DNA from: Gracilinanus agilis
Taxonomy: Eukaryota
Length of the DNA: 64,000 bases
Direction: 5' to 3'
Assembly: GCF_016433145.1 (NCBI RefSeq)
Contig: NC_058132.1
Span: 511,426,811-511,490,810 of the forward strand
Positions 1 to 13,920 of the stretch are shown piece by piece. The notes under the pieces were generated by a model. The model did not search any database, was not told where the DNA came from, and saw only the letters and a list, made by a program, of their open reading frames with translations. Position numbers and translations under genes: made by a program. The stretch's first letter is position 1. The number at the start of each line of letters is the position of its first letter.

Positions 1-19
1 ATCTTGGAGACTTTAAACC

Positions 20-110
20 AAATTTATAAATATTTATATTTATTATTTATATTATATATTATATTATTTATTATATATTTTATACTTATTTATTTATATT
101 TATATATTCA
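20..110. repeat. AT-rich (TTATA/TTTA)n low-complexity tract
   Basis: Almost pure A/T degenerate repeat. Confidence 0.8.
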
Positions 111-538
111 GGTCCTAGATTCGCCATGGGTCCAGCTAACCACATGGTCAGGCCAGAAAAATTAAGGCCAGCCAGAGACTGAATTCTTGGATATGGTCCC
201 TTCTGGGCTAGCCACCTGCCAGAGATGGTTACATAGATAAGTGCCTGGGATGACTATGAAAGAGGTCCTTTCAGAAGCCCCAAAAAAGGCAGGGAAAGAG
301 AAAGAGAGAGAGAGAGTGCTAGCTTCATGTTGCTAGGTTTTTAAGCTCAGACTAAACCCTCCCCTAAGATTTTCTAATTGGTCAGGGCTTTAATTCAGTC
401 CCTACACATCACATCCCCTGACTTCCACCAGTCAAGAATCTCACCTGCCATGCTGGCAAAATAAGACACATGACTCTGTGACCTCTATCATATAAAACTT
501 CTGGGATCTGGGAGTCTCCTAGATGTTTAATTCACACA
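111..538 (-). mobile_element. Possible ERV LTR fragment
   Basis: Minus-strand TATA-like (cttaaaaacc) and CCAAT-like (ctgaccaattag) motifs; terminus at ...ttcacaca. No partner LTR identified. Confidence 0.35.
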
Positions 539-1989
539 CAACTTACTCTCCACTCTTTGTATACTTATGCTTTTTTTATTCATTGCCCTAATAGTGATAA
601 AGTTCTTAAGGGTCTTCCATACTAAGTAATTTAGGCATCTCAGATACTTTAAGTATCACAGATATCTTAAGTATCTTAGTTATGGAAAATCAAAGATTAA
701 ATCTAGGGATCAGATAGAAGAAAAATCAAGTGATCAGGGATGTAATAGAAATAAAAAACAAAATGTATGGGATAAAAGATAATGATTCAAAGAGAAAGGA
801 GAAAAATATAAATTCATTTACACCAGATTTTAAACCAAACATAATGACTAGAGCACTAACAAATGATAGGGAAATTGCAACATGAAAAGTACCAGTAACA
901 ACAGATTTAAACTTAAAATCCTCAACACTTAATGACAAGAACATTCCAGATATAAAAAATCATAACATAAAGATAGAACATACACAAAAAGATCAACTAA
1001 TGACAAATCCAAATGAAACAGTTCAAGAGATAAGTTTAAATGGGTGTTCTGAGCAGTTTCACACACAGACAGGCAATGATATGAAAGAAACTACAAAGCA
1101 ACTTACAATAAAGACCATTGGGAAGGAAAGAGCATTATCCTTAAGCACTGACACAAGCAAACATTCAAGGGAGTTGGCACATGAAAAGGTTAACAGAAAA
1201 AAGAACTGCATTGACGTACTAGGACATTCAAACTTAAACCCAACAGTAAAAGACTTTAAGCCAAAAAAAAAAATCTCTGAGAAAAACCTTGATTCAAAAA
1301 CTTCCAAATTTACAAGCTTGTGTTACTTCAGGAATGCCTTCACCTGGAGAGAACTCTAAATGCTTAAGAAATAACCAAATAGAGGAATCACTCACACACA
1401 ACAATGAATCAATCCATAAAATAATACAGCCAAGCCAAGGTAACAATCAAGATAACAACATGTTAATGCCACACAGAAACAACAAGGTAGTCTAAGCAAA
1501 TGCATTGCAAGATCAAAATGCATTTCAATCTGAGGGTCCAAAGCCAAAACAAACAGTAGTCACTTTACAACAAGAAGGGGACATGGGATATACAGAGATT
1601 TAGGCTCCAATGATACAAGCAAATCAAGAGGCAGAAAATAATGAACCACACATGACTAACATGCTACCAGAAAATGACTTAGCAGATATGGACATGGAAG
1701 CAATTTTAGCATTAGATGTAATTAATACCAAGCCATCACAAACATACCCTGTTTACACAGACTCTGATGACATGAATTCTGATGATGAAGAGGACTATAT
1801 TGAGAAGCAAATGTACCAGAAATCTTGGTACCAGATATAGGCATTGAGGAAAGATGGGAGTGGCTATGTTTCATACATGTACTGGATGACTAATCCATCA
1901 AAAGTACAGAACACCTAAAGAAAAGCCTAAATATAGAAGGATTACAAACAAAATGTGGAGTAGATTATAGCAAAGAAAACAGTATATAA

Positions 1990-2430
1990 ATGGAATCAAA
2001 GCAATATTGGATTGCTAGTTTGACCAATAGTGTTATGGTATCTGAGAAGCAAACCTAGCGGGGACTTACATCTTTCCTCATTTGAAATGCTATATGGCCG
2101 ACCTGTTTGGCAAGGGAGAGCTCACAAAACCCCATATGTCTCAATGCTGGGTGCAGATTGTGAACTGCAAAAATATATCCAGGCCCAGCAACAAAGACTC
2201 ACAGAACTTCATGAACTTGGTTTGATTCAACAGAGAGTTCCCCTTGATTATGACTTGCATAATTTAAAACCAGGAGACATCGTGTACATAAGAAACTTTA
2301 CAAGAAAATCAGTAACAGATCCCAAATGGTTAGAACCCTATAAAATTTTGCTCACTACCTCTACAAGTGTAAAAGGAAAAGGAAAAGATTCATGGTTCCA
2401 CGTGACCTACGTGAAACCTAAAAAGAAACA
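1990..2430 (+). pseudogene. Class I ERV integrase, C-terminal fragment
   Basis: WIASL/PIVLWYLRSKP..LSSFEMLYGRP...LKPGDIVYIR..PKWLEPYKILLTTSTSVK..SWFH matches gamma/epsilon-type integrase C-terminal motifs; frameshifted upstream of the ORF call. Confidence 0.85.
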
Positions 2431-3881
2431 TACTAATGCAGAACACCCAGAAACAGTTCAAGATAGACAAATTACAGAAAGTGCTGAGGACTGAGAATTG
2501 AAATTCAAAATCATTGCAAAAAACAAAATCATTGCAAACATCTCAAAGTGCATATAACACACACAAAAACAATTGATTGACATAACTGACAAAGCATCAC
2601 AATCCACACTGTTCCTGCATCCGGACTAAAGAGCCCATCCGACAACATGTACGACAACAGACAACATGTGATGGAGAAACAGAGAAGTGGAAAAGAATCA
2701 AGAGAAAAAAAGGAAATTGGGAAAATCACCAAGAAGAAAGATACAAGGAAAGAGTACATGAAAAGACATTGTGAAAAAATGTTTGAACTTTGAACTTTGC
2801 AAAAAAAAAAATGGATAATTGCACAAAGAAGAGGACAGAAGGAAATGGTTTATGTAAGGGTATGGTGTGGCAATAGCACAAAAACACAAATTAACCTCAC
2901 ACTTTAGGGAAAATGAAACCACAGTACATAGCATCAAGATACAAAAGAAATCTACAGACAACTTGAAGAAAACTGACAACTTTGAAAACAAGAGTGAGTA
3001 TTTTGCATGCACAGTACATAAAGAGAACACAAAACACAACACAAAACAGATATCTAGTTGAGACCTTGTGTAAATAAGCAATTGTTTGAAGATTGTGAAA
3101 ATACAAAATGTATATATGTCTATAATGTAAATAGTTGCAAGTTCTATAAGATTTTAACCACATAAGAAGATTAAGTAATTTTCTTGTCTGGTTAATATTG
3201 ATATGCAGAACTAATGCTTGTACCAATGTATAATAGTGTAAATAATGTAAATTTTATACATATCTGTAACCTAGTTTGGAAAAGTAGAGTAGAATTGTAA
3301 ATAATAGTCCCTAACCATGTAGATACTGTAGCATACTAACAATTTAACAGATAATTTGGACATTAGACTTAGGGAAAGTGTAGAAAGGGCTGGGGAAGTT
3401 CAAAAAAATTTTAGTGAGTTAGTGCAGGGAAAGCATAAGAATAAAATATATAAGTGTTGTTGGATAGATAACTAAGAATACTAATATACTAAAATAGATT
3501 CTCAATATAAAAACTAACATTGCATTTAAAACATAGGTAGTTTAAACATAATTTGATAACAGCTAGGAATAATAAGATAGTTGTATTGCATTACTTGATA
3601 GACATACATTAAAAGTAGAAATAAGTTAAAATTCTGTTAAAATCATAGATGGGTTCTAATAACTTAGAAGAGCTTAAGGATAAGAAAATTGTTACACTGT
3701 AAACTCAGACATTGTGTTCAATGGAAAACTTTTCTTGTTACAAAATTGTTTTACACTCTGTAAATATTGTTATATAGATTGCAACCCGCATACTTCTATC
3801 AACCTCTTCAAAACCTGTCTTAGAATAGGAATTGATAGATAATTAGTATAGTGATAAGACAAGATAAGGATGTATTATTTT

Positions 3882-4700
3882 GGAGAGGGGGGGAACATAA
3901 GATAGGAATAGGAAATAGTGATGCATGAATTAAGTGGGACTTCTGGAAAAAGTCCCACCACACAAAACTGGGATACTGTAAGGATAGGATTTGTGCAAGG
4001 GGGATGGGACAAAAGGAGCCAGAGAAGGCAGTTGCTGACAGTTGCTGACAGTTGAGACCAGAGAGTATTCTGGAATTCTCTGAAGAGAGAAGAGAGGGAG
4101 AGGAGAGGTCTTCGGGTAGAGGAGTGGGAAGAGGGAGGAGGAGGACAATTCAGCTTGAATTTAGTCCTGAGGGCTTTGTGAGGATCTTTCTTTGGAAACT
4201 GAAACCCTGATTCCCTGATCAAAGCCATCCCATTGCATCTCTCCCATCAAGATTTCAACCATAGAGTCAGCTAAGTTTTTGGACTCCATTTTGGGAGCAA
4301 TCTCTTAGTTTCTTTCTCCCATTACCCAACCTTGCTGACAGACCCCCTTTCAGTCAAAACTTAAAATTATAGAAAAGGATAGGAACAAAAAACTAGAAAT
4401 AGAAACAGAAGGAGAAGGGGGGAAGAAGCTTAGGAGTGGGAACCCCAAAGGTTCCCTCCTAAGTGACAGACCCCATATAAATAGAGAAAAGGGCACCCCA
4501 AAATCCCTCTGTCCTTCACCCCTTTCCCCAATCCCTGAATTGCAAATAATAAAAGCCATTCATCAGTCAGATAGCATTCCAGAGTGCCTGAAAGACAACA
4601 AGGGAGAGGGGAACCACAGCTTGGTCTGGTTGCCTCCATCTTAAAGCCAGACCACCCACTTTGAAATTAACTGATGGGGGGGGGGAGATTTGTGTGAACA
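3882..4700 (+). mobile_element. Polypurine tract plus 3' LTR of an ERV
   Basis: ggagagggggggaa (3882-3895), then LTR-like sequence with AATAAA near 4548, ending ...tgtgaaca; downstream of the integrase fragment. Confidence 0.6.
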
Positions 4701-5479
4701 CTGTCCTCATTCAGAATCAGATTGGGGTACCACATAACTCATCTTATAGGGAAGCCTTACCCCCCAACTCCTGGGGGCTGCACAACCATCCAGGTCAACC
4801 AGGTTCGGGGTGACACACCCTTAAAGTCTCCTAGTGTATATTTGACCCCAGGGGATAGCTGGAAGAGAGACTCACCATATAGAATTTCTCTATCTCCCTT
4901 CTATCAAACATTCATAGGCTGGCTTTTTTATTACATTTTGCCTATATGTTGAGCCTCAGTTCAACTATTTGATTGGAAGTACTGTCCTTGGGTTCCCTTG
5001 AGGGAACACACATGCAGTGGATTTAGCAGGATTCTACTCCTCAGCTGCCAGCTTCCCCTGCTGTATTGCCTGATATTCTTTAGATTTATAAGACAGGGAC
5101 TGTACAGTTTGAGTTAGTCCTCACCTCATGACCTGGCTATTGGCAAATCAAAATTAAAGTGACCATATTAAATTATATTAAGATCTATTTTGCAAGAATT
5201 TCAGCAGAAAAAGATATCTACCATTGAGCTAGACCAGGAAGCAGAGTTGCAAGAGAAAATGCTCTTGGACCAACATATTTGAAGATAGGAGATAAAAGTT
5301 TGAGATTCCCTCAGCAATCAAGATACCTACATGAAATGTCTAACTTCTGGGATATGGTTGCTTCATGCTATGAACAAAATAAATGTGTTTCACTTCTTCT
5401 GAATGCACCTTGTGTTTTTTTTTAATTTAATTTAATTTTTTGTTTTTGTAAGGTCCGATTGACTGAGGGGACTGTCCTC

Positions 5480-6290
5480 GATTTTTATAGTCAGTGTTTG
5501 GAATAGTCAATAAAATTATGTATGATTATCAAAACCAATGAGAATAGAAGCTATCTTGTTAATACTTTGCATCCAAAAGGGAAAAAATATTGGGGGCTCT
5601 ATTTAATGACAGATCATCTGCAAGTACCTAATTAGCAGGCCAAGTAAGAGAGGAGGCAAAAAAGAAATAGGAGAGAAGGATTGAGGGGAGGAAAAGGGGA
5701 GACAAAAATTTTCAAGTAGAGAGGGATAAAAGGGAGATGAAAAATACTAAATGAATGAATTAATGAAAAAAATTAATTTATCAATAAAAAAGTGGTTCTC
5801 TTGGATAAAATCATAGGGATATGGATATGGAAAGGACATGACCATGTGTGAAATATAAGACAAAACGAGGACATAGTAGGCTTAACTTTCACTGAATCAG
5901 GACAGATAAGACCTCTAAAAAACAAATTTATTAAAAAGATAGTTGTAATAAGATTCCAACAGGTGAGTAGAGGGTAGGAAATTGAGAAAAGATATTTTAC
6001 AAAATGAAATTTTATTGCTATTTTGTTTTATAAACTTTTTGTTCACTCGAAGATCTTCCTCTCCCTTTTCTCAGGGATTTACCATATCAAAGAAGACATT
6101 TTAAAACAATATTAGTGTCATTATATATTTAATTATAAACCTGATCATTTCCACCCCATTGGCTTGAAGGACAAAAAGGGCAAAAATAACTCAGATCTAA
6201 TCTGCCTAGTTGTGAATACCATGGTGAAACTTGGGGACCATTATTGTAAAAAAGGAAAAATTTGAGAACTCAGTCCTTTTTTGATTAACA
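5480..6290 (+). other. Paralogous TRIM-unit flank without a recognisable gene
   Basis: Collinear similarity to 10880-11950 and 24180-25050 (e.g. gtcaataaaattatg..., ggagatgaaaaa.gctaaatgaat, caggacagataa, aagatattttacaaaatgaaattttattgcta). Confidence 0.65.
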
Positions 6291-6919
6291 GAATTTATTT
6301 GCAAGTGATTCAGTCCCTTCCTACCCTCTCTATACCATAAAAGGAATCATCCTGGAGACAAATATGTATATATAGATTATGTCTTTAATGCTTCCAACTT
6401 CCAGTTCATTCTCTGGAAATGACATTGACAAGTTATTCTTCAAGTATTAAATCTGTACCTGTATATAATGTTCTCATGGTTCCACTCATTTCACTATTCA
6501 TAATCCCAAGTAGTTCTTTCCAAGTTTTTTTTATTTAAAATATTTTCCCATGGTTACATGATTCATGTTCTTTCCCTATCTCCAAACCCCACCCCACCTA
6601 TAGCCAACACGCAATTCCAATAGGTTTTACATGTATCATTGATCAAGACCTATTTCCATATTATTGATAGTAGTACTAGGGTGATTGTTTAGCGTCTACA
6701 TCCCCAATAATATCCCCATCAATCCATGAGTTCAAGCAGTTATTTTTCTTCTGTGTTTCTACTCACACAGTTCTTCCTCTGAATGTGGATAATGTTTTTT
6801 CTCATAAGTCCCTCAGCATTGTTCTGGATCATTGCATTGCTGCTAGTAGAGAAGTCCATTATGTTCAATTGTACCACAGTGTATCAGTCTCTGTATACAC
6901 CATTCTCCTGGTTCTGTTC

Positions 6920-7854
6920 TGTAAAGGGTAAAAGGGGGCTTTTGGTTGAATGTATTAAGAGGTTAGGTCACCAGGGAATTAAATAATTATCAATCTCCAT
7001 TTAAAGAATAACCTCAAGTCAAAATGACTTTTATAGAAGTTTATTTACAAAATATAGGAGAGAGTGGAAGTAGAGAGATGAGAAGAGGGTTGAATAAGAA
7101 ATTTGTATTTAAGTCTGAGCTTTACTCTGGCAGGGCTCCAGAGGCCCAGCCAGAGCCTAAAAGTCAATTAATAAGGGTTTTCATCACAAGGGTTTCTCCC
7201 AATCAAAGGAGCCTCCTGGAGGTTAGTACCCCCTGGCAGGTTAAAGGAATCAGCCTTCTTCACTCACTACATGTAGTTCTAAGAGAGAGACTTAAGAGCA
7301 CTCTCACCAAGGCCTCAGGGTCCAGGGCTACTCCATGTTCAAGCAAGAACCAGAAGATCCCTGGCTCATTCAACTCTCTCTTTTTATTTTTACTTATTCA
7401 TTTTTAAACCCTTATTTTCCACCTTGGAGTCAATACTGTATATTGGCTCCAAGGCAGAAGAGTGGTAAGTGTAGGCAATGGGGGTCAAGTGACTTGCCCA
7501 GGGTCACACAGCTGGGAAGTGTCTGAGGTCAGATTTGAACCTAGGAACTCCTGTCTCTAGGCCTGGCTCTCAATTCACTGAGCTACTCAGCTATCCCCGC
7601 CATCACCCAACTCTTTCTTTTTTAAAGAGGCCTTTTTTGCATCACTTCCTGTGCCTTCCTCTTAGTTTGCATGTCCAGTCACAACAGATCCTTTTCTTAG
7701 GACTGCTCAGGAGGCAGTCAGTAAATTCTGATTTGTCACTCACTCTAGCACATGTGGTTTACAGACCTCCCAACTTGTGAGTTCAGTGAAACTGTTTCCG
7801 CCTTTGGTGATTAAATTTAAAGATGGGCAGGGTAGATTTAATCTCATTATCACA
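6920..7854 (-). mobile_element. Solo ERV LTR inserted in L1
   Basis: TGTAAAGG...ATCACA termini; 4-bp TSD gttc/gctc; L1 sequence resumes exactly after it. Confidence 0.8.
7401..7598 (-). mobile_element. Marsupial tRNA-derived SINE nested in the LTR
   Basis: Reverse complement of GGGG(C)AGCTG..GCTCAGTG..GGTTCAAATCTG..GCAAGTCACTTGACCCCC..AAGGGTTTAAAAA. Confidence 0.9.
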
Positions 7855-8249
7855 GCTCCTTTCACTATGCATCAATTCCTGGAGGTCATTCCAGTTCACA
7901 TGAAATTCCTCCAGTTCATTATTCCTTTGAGCACAATAGTATTCCATCACCAACAAATACCACAATTTGTTCAGCTATTCTCCAATTGAAGGGCACCCCC
8001 TCATTTTCCAATTTTTTGCCACCACAAAGAGTGCAGCCATAAATATTTTTGTACATGTTTTTTCCCCTATGCTCTCTTTGGGGTATAAACCCAGCCAAGT
8101 TTTTTTTTTTAATTAGGCTCCTCATCATTTCTTATGACACAGTGATGTTCCATCAAAATCACATGCCACAATTGATTCAGCTATTCCCCAAATGATGGGC
8201 ATTTTCCAATTCTTTGCCATCACAAAAATATTTCAATTTGGAAAAGTTT

Positions 8250-8480
8250 ATTTGATTAATTTAGAATGTTTTTAAGTGGTTACAAGATTCATGTTCTTTC
8301 CCTCCCCTCCCTCTACCCTCTCCTATAGCCAACACACAATTCCACTGGGTTTTACATGTGTCATTGATCAAGACTTATTTTGATATTATTGATATTTGTA
8401 CTAGGGTGCTTGTTTAGAGTCAATATCCCTGGTAATATCCCCATCAACCCATGTAGATCAGGCAGTTGTTTTTCTTCTGA
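8250..8480 (-). mobile_element. L1 3' UTR fragment
   Basis: Similar to 6530-6760 (gattcatgttctttccct..tagccaacac.caattcca..gatcaagac). Confidence 0.75.
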
Positions 8481-8744
8481 TCACACAAATATTTGAAACA
8501 TATAGGCTCTTCTTTTTTCTCCCCATCTCTTTGGGAAACTAACCCAGGAAAACGTAACACTTTTTTTAATGAATAAAAGTTAGAACATAGGAATTTTAAG
8601 TTTGGAAGGGAAGATAAGAGGAGGAACTGGAAAGAGGAAGCTGTAAAAAAATCACAACAGTTCTAAAATCTGTTACTGATAGACTTCTGAGGAAAGAGCT
8701 AGTCTGATCTTTTCTGAGTGGAATAGTTGAGAAAACAGGAATTT

Positions 8745-8926
8745 TTTTTTTAACCCTTGTACTTCGGTGTATTGTCTCATAGGTGGAAGATTGGTAAGGG
8801 TGGGCAATGGGGGTCAAGTGACTTGCCCAGGGTCACACAGCTGGGAAGTGGCTGAGGCCAGATTTGAACCTAGGACCTCCTGTCTCTAGGCCTGACTCTC
8901 ACTCCACTGAGCTACCCAGCTGTCCC
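8745..8926 (-). mobile_element. Marsupial SINE with a different 3' tail
   Basis: Same SINE head and core; 13-bp TSD aaaacaggaattt at 8732-8744 and 8928-8940. Confidence 0.9.
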
Positions 8927-9315
8927 AAAAACAGGAATTTTAAAGTACATTTCTCTTAAAAGAAACTTAATCATTATATTAATGGAAGAAAATAGATTAT
9001 CTCTGTCCATTTAGGAATCGTAACTGTGGGAGTGGAGGAAAAATAAGAGCCTGAGAGAAAAAAAGGCCCTAGGTTTAATGCATGTGTTGGTCATGGGAGT
9101 TGTGGTGGCATTTGAAGGATAGAAATAATGACTTGGAGTTTTCCTTGGCCTGTTGTCATCTCCAGACATCAGAGATGCAATGTTTCTGAGGATTTGAAAT
9201 GGCAGATACTCTTAAATGACCCAATAAAACTGGTTTAAGTAGAGATCTTTAGTAGTAATAAAATGAAGTAAAGGTATTTTCTTCAAGAAATGGTGTTGAA
9301 AAATTGTGAAATAAG

Positions 9316-9425
9316 AAAGGTGAGATTTCAGCCTTATGGTATGAGGTGAAGCACTATCAAAAGACAGGAGTTCTCACCTTTTGTGGGTGGATTAAACAGA
9401 GGGGCTAACAAAAGACATATAAAAA
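9316..9425 (+). promoter_or_regulatory. Putative proximal promoter of the TRIM pseudogene
   Basis: TATAAAAA at 9418; aaaggtgaga/tctcaccttt inverted pair; homologous to sequence upstream of the intact genes. Confidence 0.45.
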
Positions 9426-9540
9426 GACCCAGAGGACTAAGTACTAATATTTTTTTTACTATCAGAGTTCAAGGGTAAAGACAAGCATTGCATTTCTTTA
9501 GAGGAATATCTGAGAAAGAAGGAATCAGAGACCTAGGAAC

Positions 9541-10857
9541 ATGGATGCAAGAAACTTAATTGAAAATCTCAAGGGAAATCTGACTTGCTCTATCTGCCTG
9601 AGCTACTTCACAAACCCAGTGATTGTCAATTGTGGCCATCGCTTTTGCATAGTCTGTCTTCTGAGGTGAAGAAAAGAAGCAGATTTAACATTCAATTGTC
9701 CAGAATGCAGAGGAATCATCAAAGACAGAGATTTAGTGCCCAACAGGAATCCATAGAATCTATTACTGGCAAAATGGTCAGACCTCATTTACTTCAGAGC
9801 ATGATGGACCAGACTATATGTGGTCAACATGGGGAAAAAAAATTCTGTGAAGAAGACAAAATACTCCTCTGTGATTCCTGCTTATTAGCCCTAGAGCACA
9901 AGGATAACACAATCCTTCTCCTGGAAATGGTGGCTGACAAGTGCAAGGACAAGTTCCAGGAGACACTGAATAATATCTTACAGCAAAAAGAAGAATTTAA
10001 AATTGCATTAAGTAGAGAAGCATTCTGTAGGAAGGATATATCCTTTGAAATAGTCAGTTATTTCTCAATGAGAAAATGCATGACTTCTTTTGGAATGAAG
10101 AAGATTTTTATCTACAAAGACTGGATCAGCAATCCTGGAAAAATTGAGCAAAATGAAGCCAAACTGTCACACAACAAATACAAAATCTGCAAAGAATAAT
10201 ATTAGAAATAGAGGAGAAATAGGCCCTTGGAAATGTTCAAAGATATGAAAGGCACTTTAGAAAAGAATAAGGAGCTGCTACTTCAAGAACCAGAGATTGC
10301 TTCCCCTTCCTAGGCCACCAGCCCCATCATTGGCTTGAGAGAGATGCTCATGAGTTTCCAGAGTGATTTAAGTCTTGATTCCGAATCAGCCAATCCACAT
10401 CTCATCCTGTCTGAAGATCTGAAGAGTGTCAAGTGTGGGGATGTCCCACACGACCTACCTTCTTGATTATGTTTGTGCTGTATTGGGGGCTCAGACCTTC
10501 ACTTCAGGCAAACACTACTGGAAAGTAAAGATAGGAGATAAAGCAAAAAGGGAACTAGTCATCTGTAAAGATTCAATCAGGAGAAAAGGGAAACTCTCCT
10601 CATCATCTCAGGGTGTATGGACCATTGTAAGCTTCAGATCTGGAAATCATTTTTTCCTCTAGAATTCACATGATTATATTTATCTGAGCCAGCCCATAGA
10701 CAAAGTAGGAATTTTTCTGGATTATGACAAGGGATATATTGCCTTTAATGATGTCATAGATGGGTCCCTAATCTCTAGTGTCTCATACTAAATCTTTGAA
10801 GGCCCTCTTCACCCTTTCTCTTCTCCTTGTAGAGCTATCAATGATGTTAATTAGTAA
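9541..10857 (+). pseudogene. TRIM (RING/B-box/CC/SPRY) pseudogene, paralogue of the array genes
   Basis: Starts MDARNLIENLKGNLTCSICLSYFTNPVIVNCGHRFCIVCLLR* (TGA at codon 43); frameshifts and deletions follow; B-box and SPRY (GAQTFTSGKHYW) remnants. Confidence 0.95.
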
Positions 10858-12988
10858 GGCTTTCAATTCATTTGAACCATGTTGAAATGGTCAATAAAAT
10901 TATGGATGACTATCAGTACCAATGAGAATAAAGTCTCTCATTTATTTTTGGTATATAAAAACTGAGGATTATTTTTAATGTAGATGATCTAAAAGCACCT
11001 ACAAACAAGTAGACGGGGAGATAGAACAAGAACAGGAGAAAAGACTGAGGGGAGAAAAAAGGGAGACAAAATTATCAAGCAGAAAAAGATGGAGAGATGA
11101 AAAAATGCTAAATGAATAAATAAATATTGATTTGAATTCAGGTCAAAATTGTCAATAAAGTAGAACATGATTATTAAAACTAATTAAAACAAAGTCTATC
11201 TTGTTTATATTTCATAATTTAAAAACTGGGGGCTTTTTTCCCTAATTACCATTATGATAACCTATGAGCACTCAAATTAGAGATCAGCTATAAAAGGAAG
11301 CAGAAAAAGAAACAGGAAAGAAGGAATAAAGTTAGGAAAAATGGGGCTAAAAACTTTTTTGAGAAGAGAAGAAGGAAGAGTGAGATGAAAGAATGCTGAA
11401 TGAATGAACAAATGAATGAATAAGAGAATGGTTCCTTTCAGTGAACACCTAGGGAGATTGGTATGGAAAGGTGATGATCCTGAGACATAACACCCAATAA
11501 AGACCATAGCAGACTCAAGGGACTTCTAATGCATCAGGACAGATAATATCTCTAAAAAAATAAATGTATTATCAAAAATTATATTTAATAAGATTACCAA
11601 AAGATGAGGAGAGGGTGGGAAATGGAGACAAGATATAGTACAAAAGAAACTTTATTGCTACCTTCTGTTTTGATGTTTTTTTTCCTTTTAATTCTTCACT
11701 TTCATCTTTTCAGAGATCTCTGACATCATAGGAGACATTTCACTGTCACTATGTCTCTAATTGAAAAACAGATTTTTCTCACCCAATCTCCAGGGGCTAG
11801 GAAGACTGAAAGGTACACACATTTGGCTTGAAGTGCCTGGAAGTGAACAACATTGTGAATGCCCAGACACATTATTGTAAAAAAGGAGGGATAGAAGGGG
11901 AAGGTAAGAACTCAGTCTTCTTCTAGAGACTAGAAGCATTGAGGGACCTAGGAATTCTTGGGTATGGAGAAAGGACTAAATGGAAGAGCTTAAAGGGTGA
12001 AACTGTAAAAAAAAATAGCATGAACTAAGTTCAAAAATCTTTTTTTTCTGCTTGAGCTCTGAGGAAAGAGCTAGCCTTATCTTTAATGAGTAGGATATCA
12101 GAGAAGAAAGGAATCAGAATTAAATCTCTCTTTAAAAAAAGTTAAATTTTTTCAATTATATAATTAGTAACCACCACCATCAAAAAACATTTAAATAAAC
12201 TAATGCATAAAAATTATGTACACAATCACAATTTCCAAATTGTTTAGAATTTCTTTAAAAATATGAAAATTTTATGTGTGTGTTAATATAAACATCTGTA
12301 TTTGAGTTCCCTTTAGATTTGTTTTACTTTGATACTTTTTTACCTGGCTTTGTAGCTTTTTTTTAATGTAACCATTGTGTTATTCTTATTTTTATTCTTC
12401 TCTCATCATCTCTTCATATATTTTCCTTATTTTCTTTATATTTCCAATATTTGTCATTTCTAATAAAGTAATAGAATCTTTTACATTCAAATATTACAAT
12501 CTATTCAGACATTTCTCCTAATCATTGTATCTGTGTTATCTCTAGTTATTTTGTCCTTACAAACAAAGCTACCATGAATGTTTTTATACATACACAGTAT
12601 TTTAGCCTCCTAATAATGCCATTAAGGCCTAATCCAGGTAATGGGATCCCTGGCTCAATGATCATGAACAACTTTACAGCTCTTAGTGTATATTTCCATC
12701 TTGTTTTCTAAAAAACAATTCTCAGTTGATATTAGCTCTGGTTCCCCTTGTTCCTATTCCCATTTGATTTGATCAACTTAACCTGTCTGATTCTCAGTTA
12801 ACATACATTCCCAGGGCCATATTTAGCAAGATAGGTCCTTAGGCAGAAGGTAAACTCTGTTGACAAAATCTTATTCTTTCCAAAACCAAGTGTTTCCAGT
12901 TTGGTTATACCTAGTAGAACTTTTGTTCCAATGTCACAGTCCCTCAGAAATACAGGATTACCTCCATGGTAGGTTGAGCTTTGAAATA

Positions 12989-13909
12989 TGTAATGCAGGG
13001 TTTTGCACTGCAATATTAGCTTAGGCTAAGCTGTCAGTTACCCTGGATGGAATCTTGAGGATAGCATGCCCCATGGGGCAGGTGCCAACTGGCAGTTGAG
13101 CTGAGACTATAAAAACCCCTGGAAACCCAACCCTGGGTTCTGTTTTCCCCTGACTTCACCCCCCTGATCACCTACTTACCCCTGACATTCTCCTTGGGCC
13201 CTGGGTGGTGAAGGGTGGTGAAGGGTGGTGGAATTGTGGGTAGAAAAATAGGATAGCCTAGATATTAGGACCTTCTTTAAGAGCAATTCAACAAATATAA
13301 ATTTCCTTTACAACTGATTAGCTAGTGGATCAAATGAATTTCTAACTGGAGACCATTTAGCTCTGGTTGAGGGCAGTCAGCCCTCGGCCTGCCAAGACCT
13401 TCTTAGGACCTTAGCCAGCACCAGTCAGCTGACCATAGCAATGGCTTAGTAACACCAAAGCCCTCTTACCTGGGCTATTCCTTCTCCAGTTTCAATAAAT
13501 CCCTTAGCCTTTAATCAGTGAATCTTGCAATTATTCCTATACCACCAAGGCTAAGGAGATTAGGGAAGAGAAGAGAATACTGAACTGTTTGAGGTTCAGT
13601 TGAGGTTGAACCTAACCTCCATTGCTGGGCAGGAAGTTCAAGTCCTGACATCCTGCTGGTCTTCCATCATCCAATAAGCGGCAGTTACCTCAGCAGGGAG
13701 GAGCCGCCCACCAGACAACTTAAAAGGAGCCTAATAGCTAGCATTGAAGATTCATGGGGCACTTAGTTTACAGGGTTTGAATTTATACTTAATCAAGTTC
13801 ATTCCCAGCTGAGGTTGCACAACCTTGATAACATCCAATCCCAATGTCCTGCTCGACCAGTTACTGGCTCCAAGGTCCCTCTAGTAATGATTTTACCACC
13901 TGCATAACA
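12989..13909 (+). mobile_element. Solo ERV LTR
   Basis: TGTAAT...ATAACA; TSD aata/agta; TATAAAAA near 13109; AATAAA near 13494; absent at the paralogous site near 26175. Confidence 0.85.
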
Positions 13910-13920
13910 AGTAAGACTTT

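Larger units (their letters stand above)
6525..8230 (-). mobile_element. L1 3' end (ORF2 C-terminus and 3' UTR), interrupted by a solo LTR
   Basis: Minus ORF MWYLLVMEYYCAQRNNELEEFHVNWNDLQELMHSERS is L1 ORF2 C-terminal; poly(T) near 6525; similar to 60590-61090. Confidence 0.85.

Noticed and set aside
5140-5400. Possible coiled-coil TRIM remnant (ILQEFQQKK..ELDQEAEL..)
   Set aside because: Multiple stops and no convincing alignment to the cluster's coiled-coil; needs tblastn.
7401-7598. tRNA gene calls from tRNA-like SINE heads
   Set aside because: They continue into SINE core and tail, and one has a clear TSD; they are not complete tRNAs.
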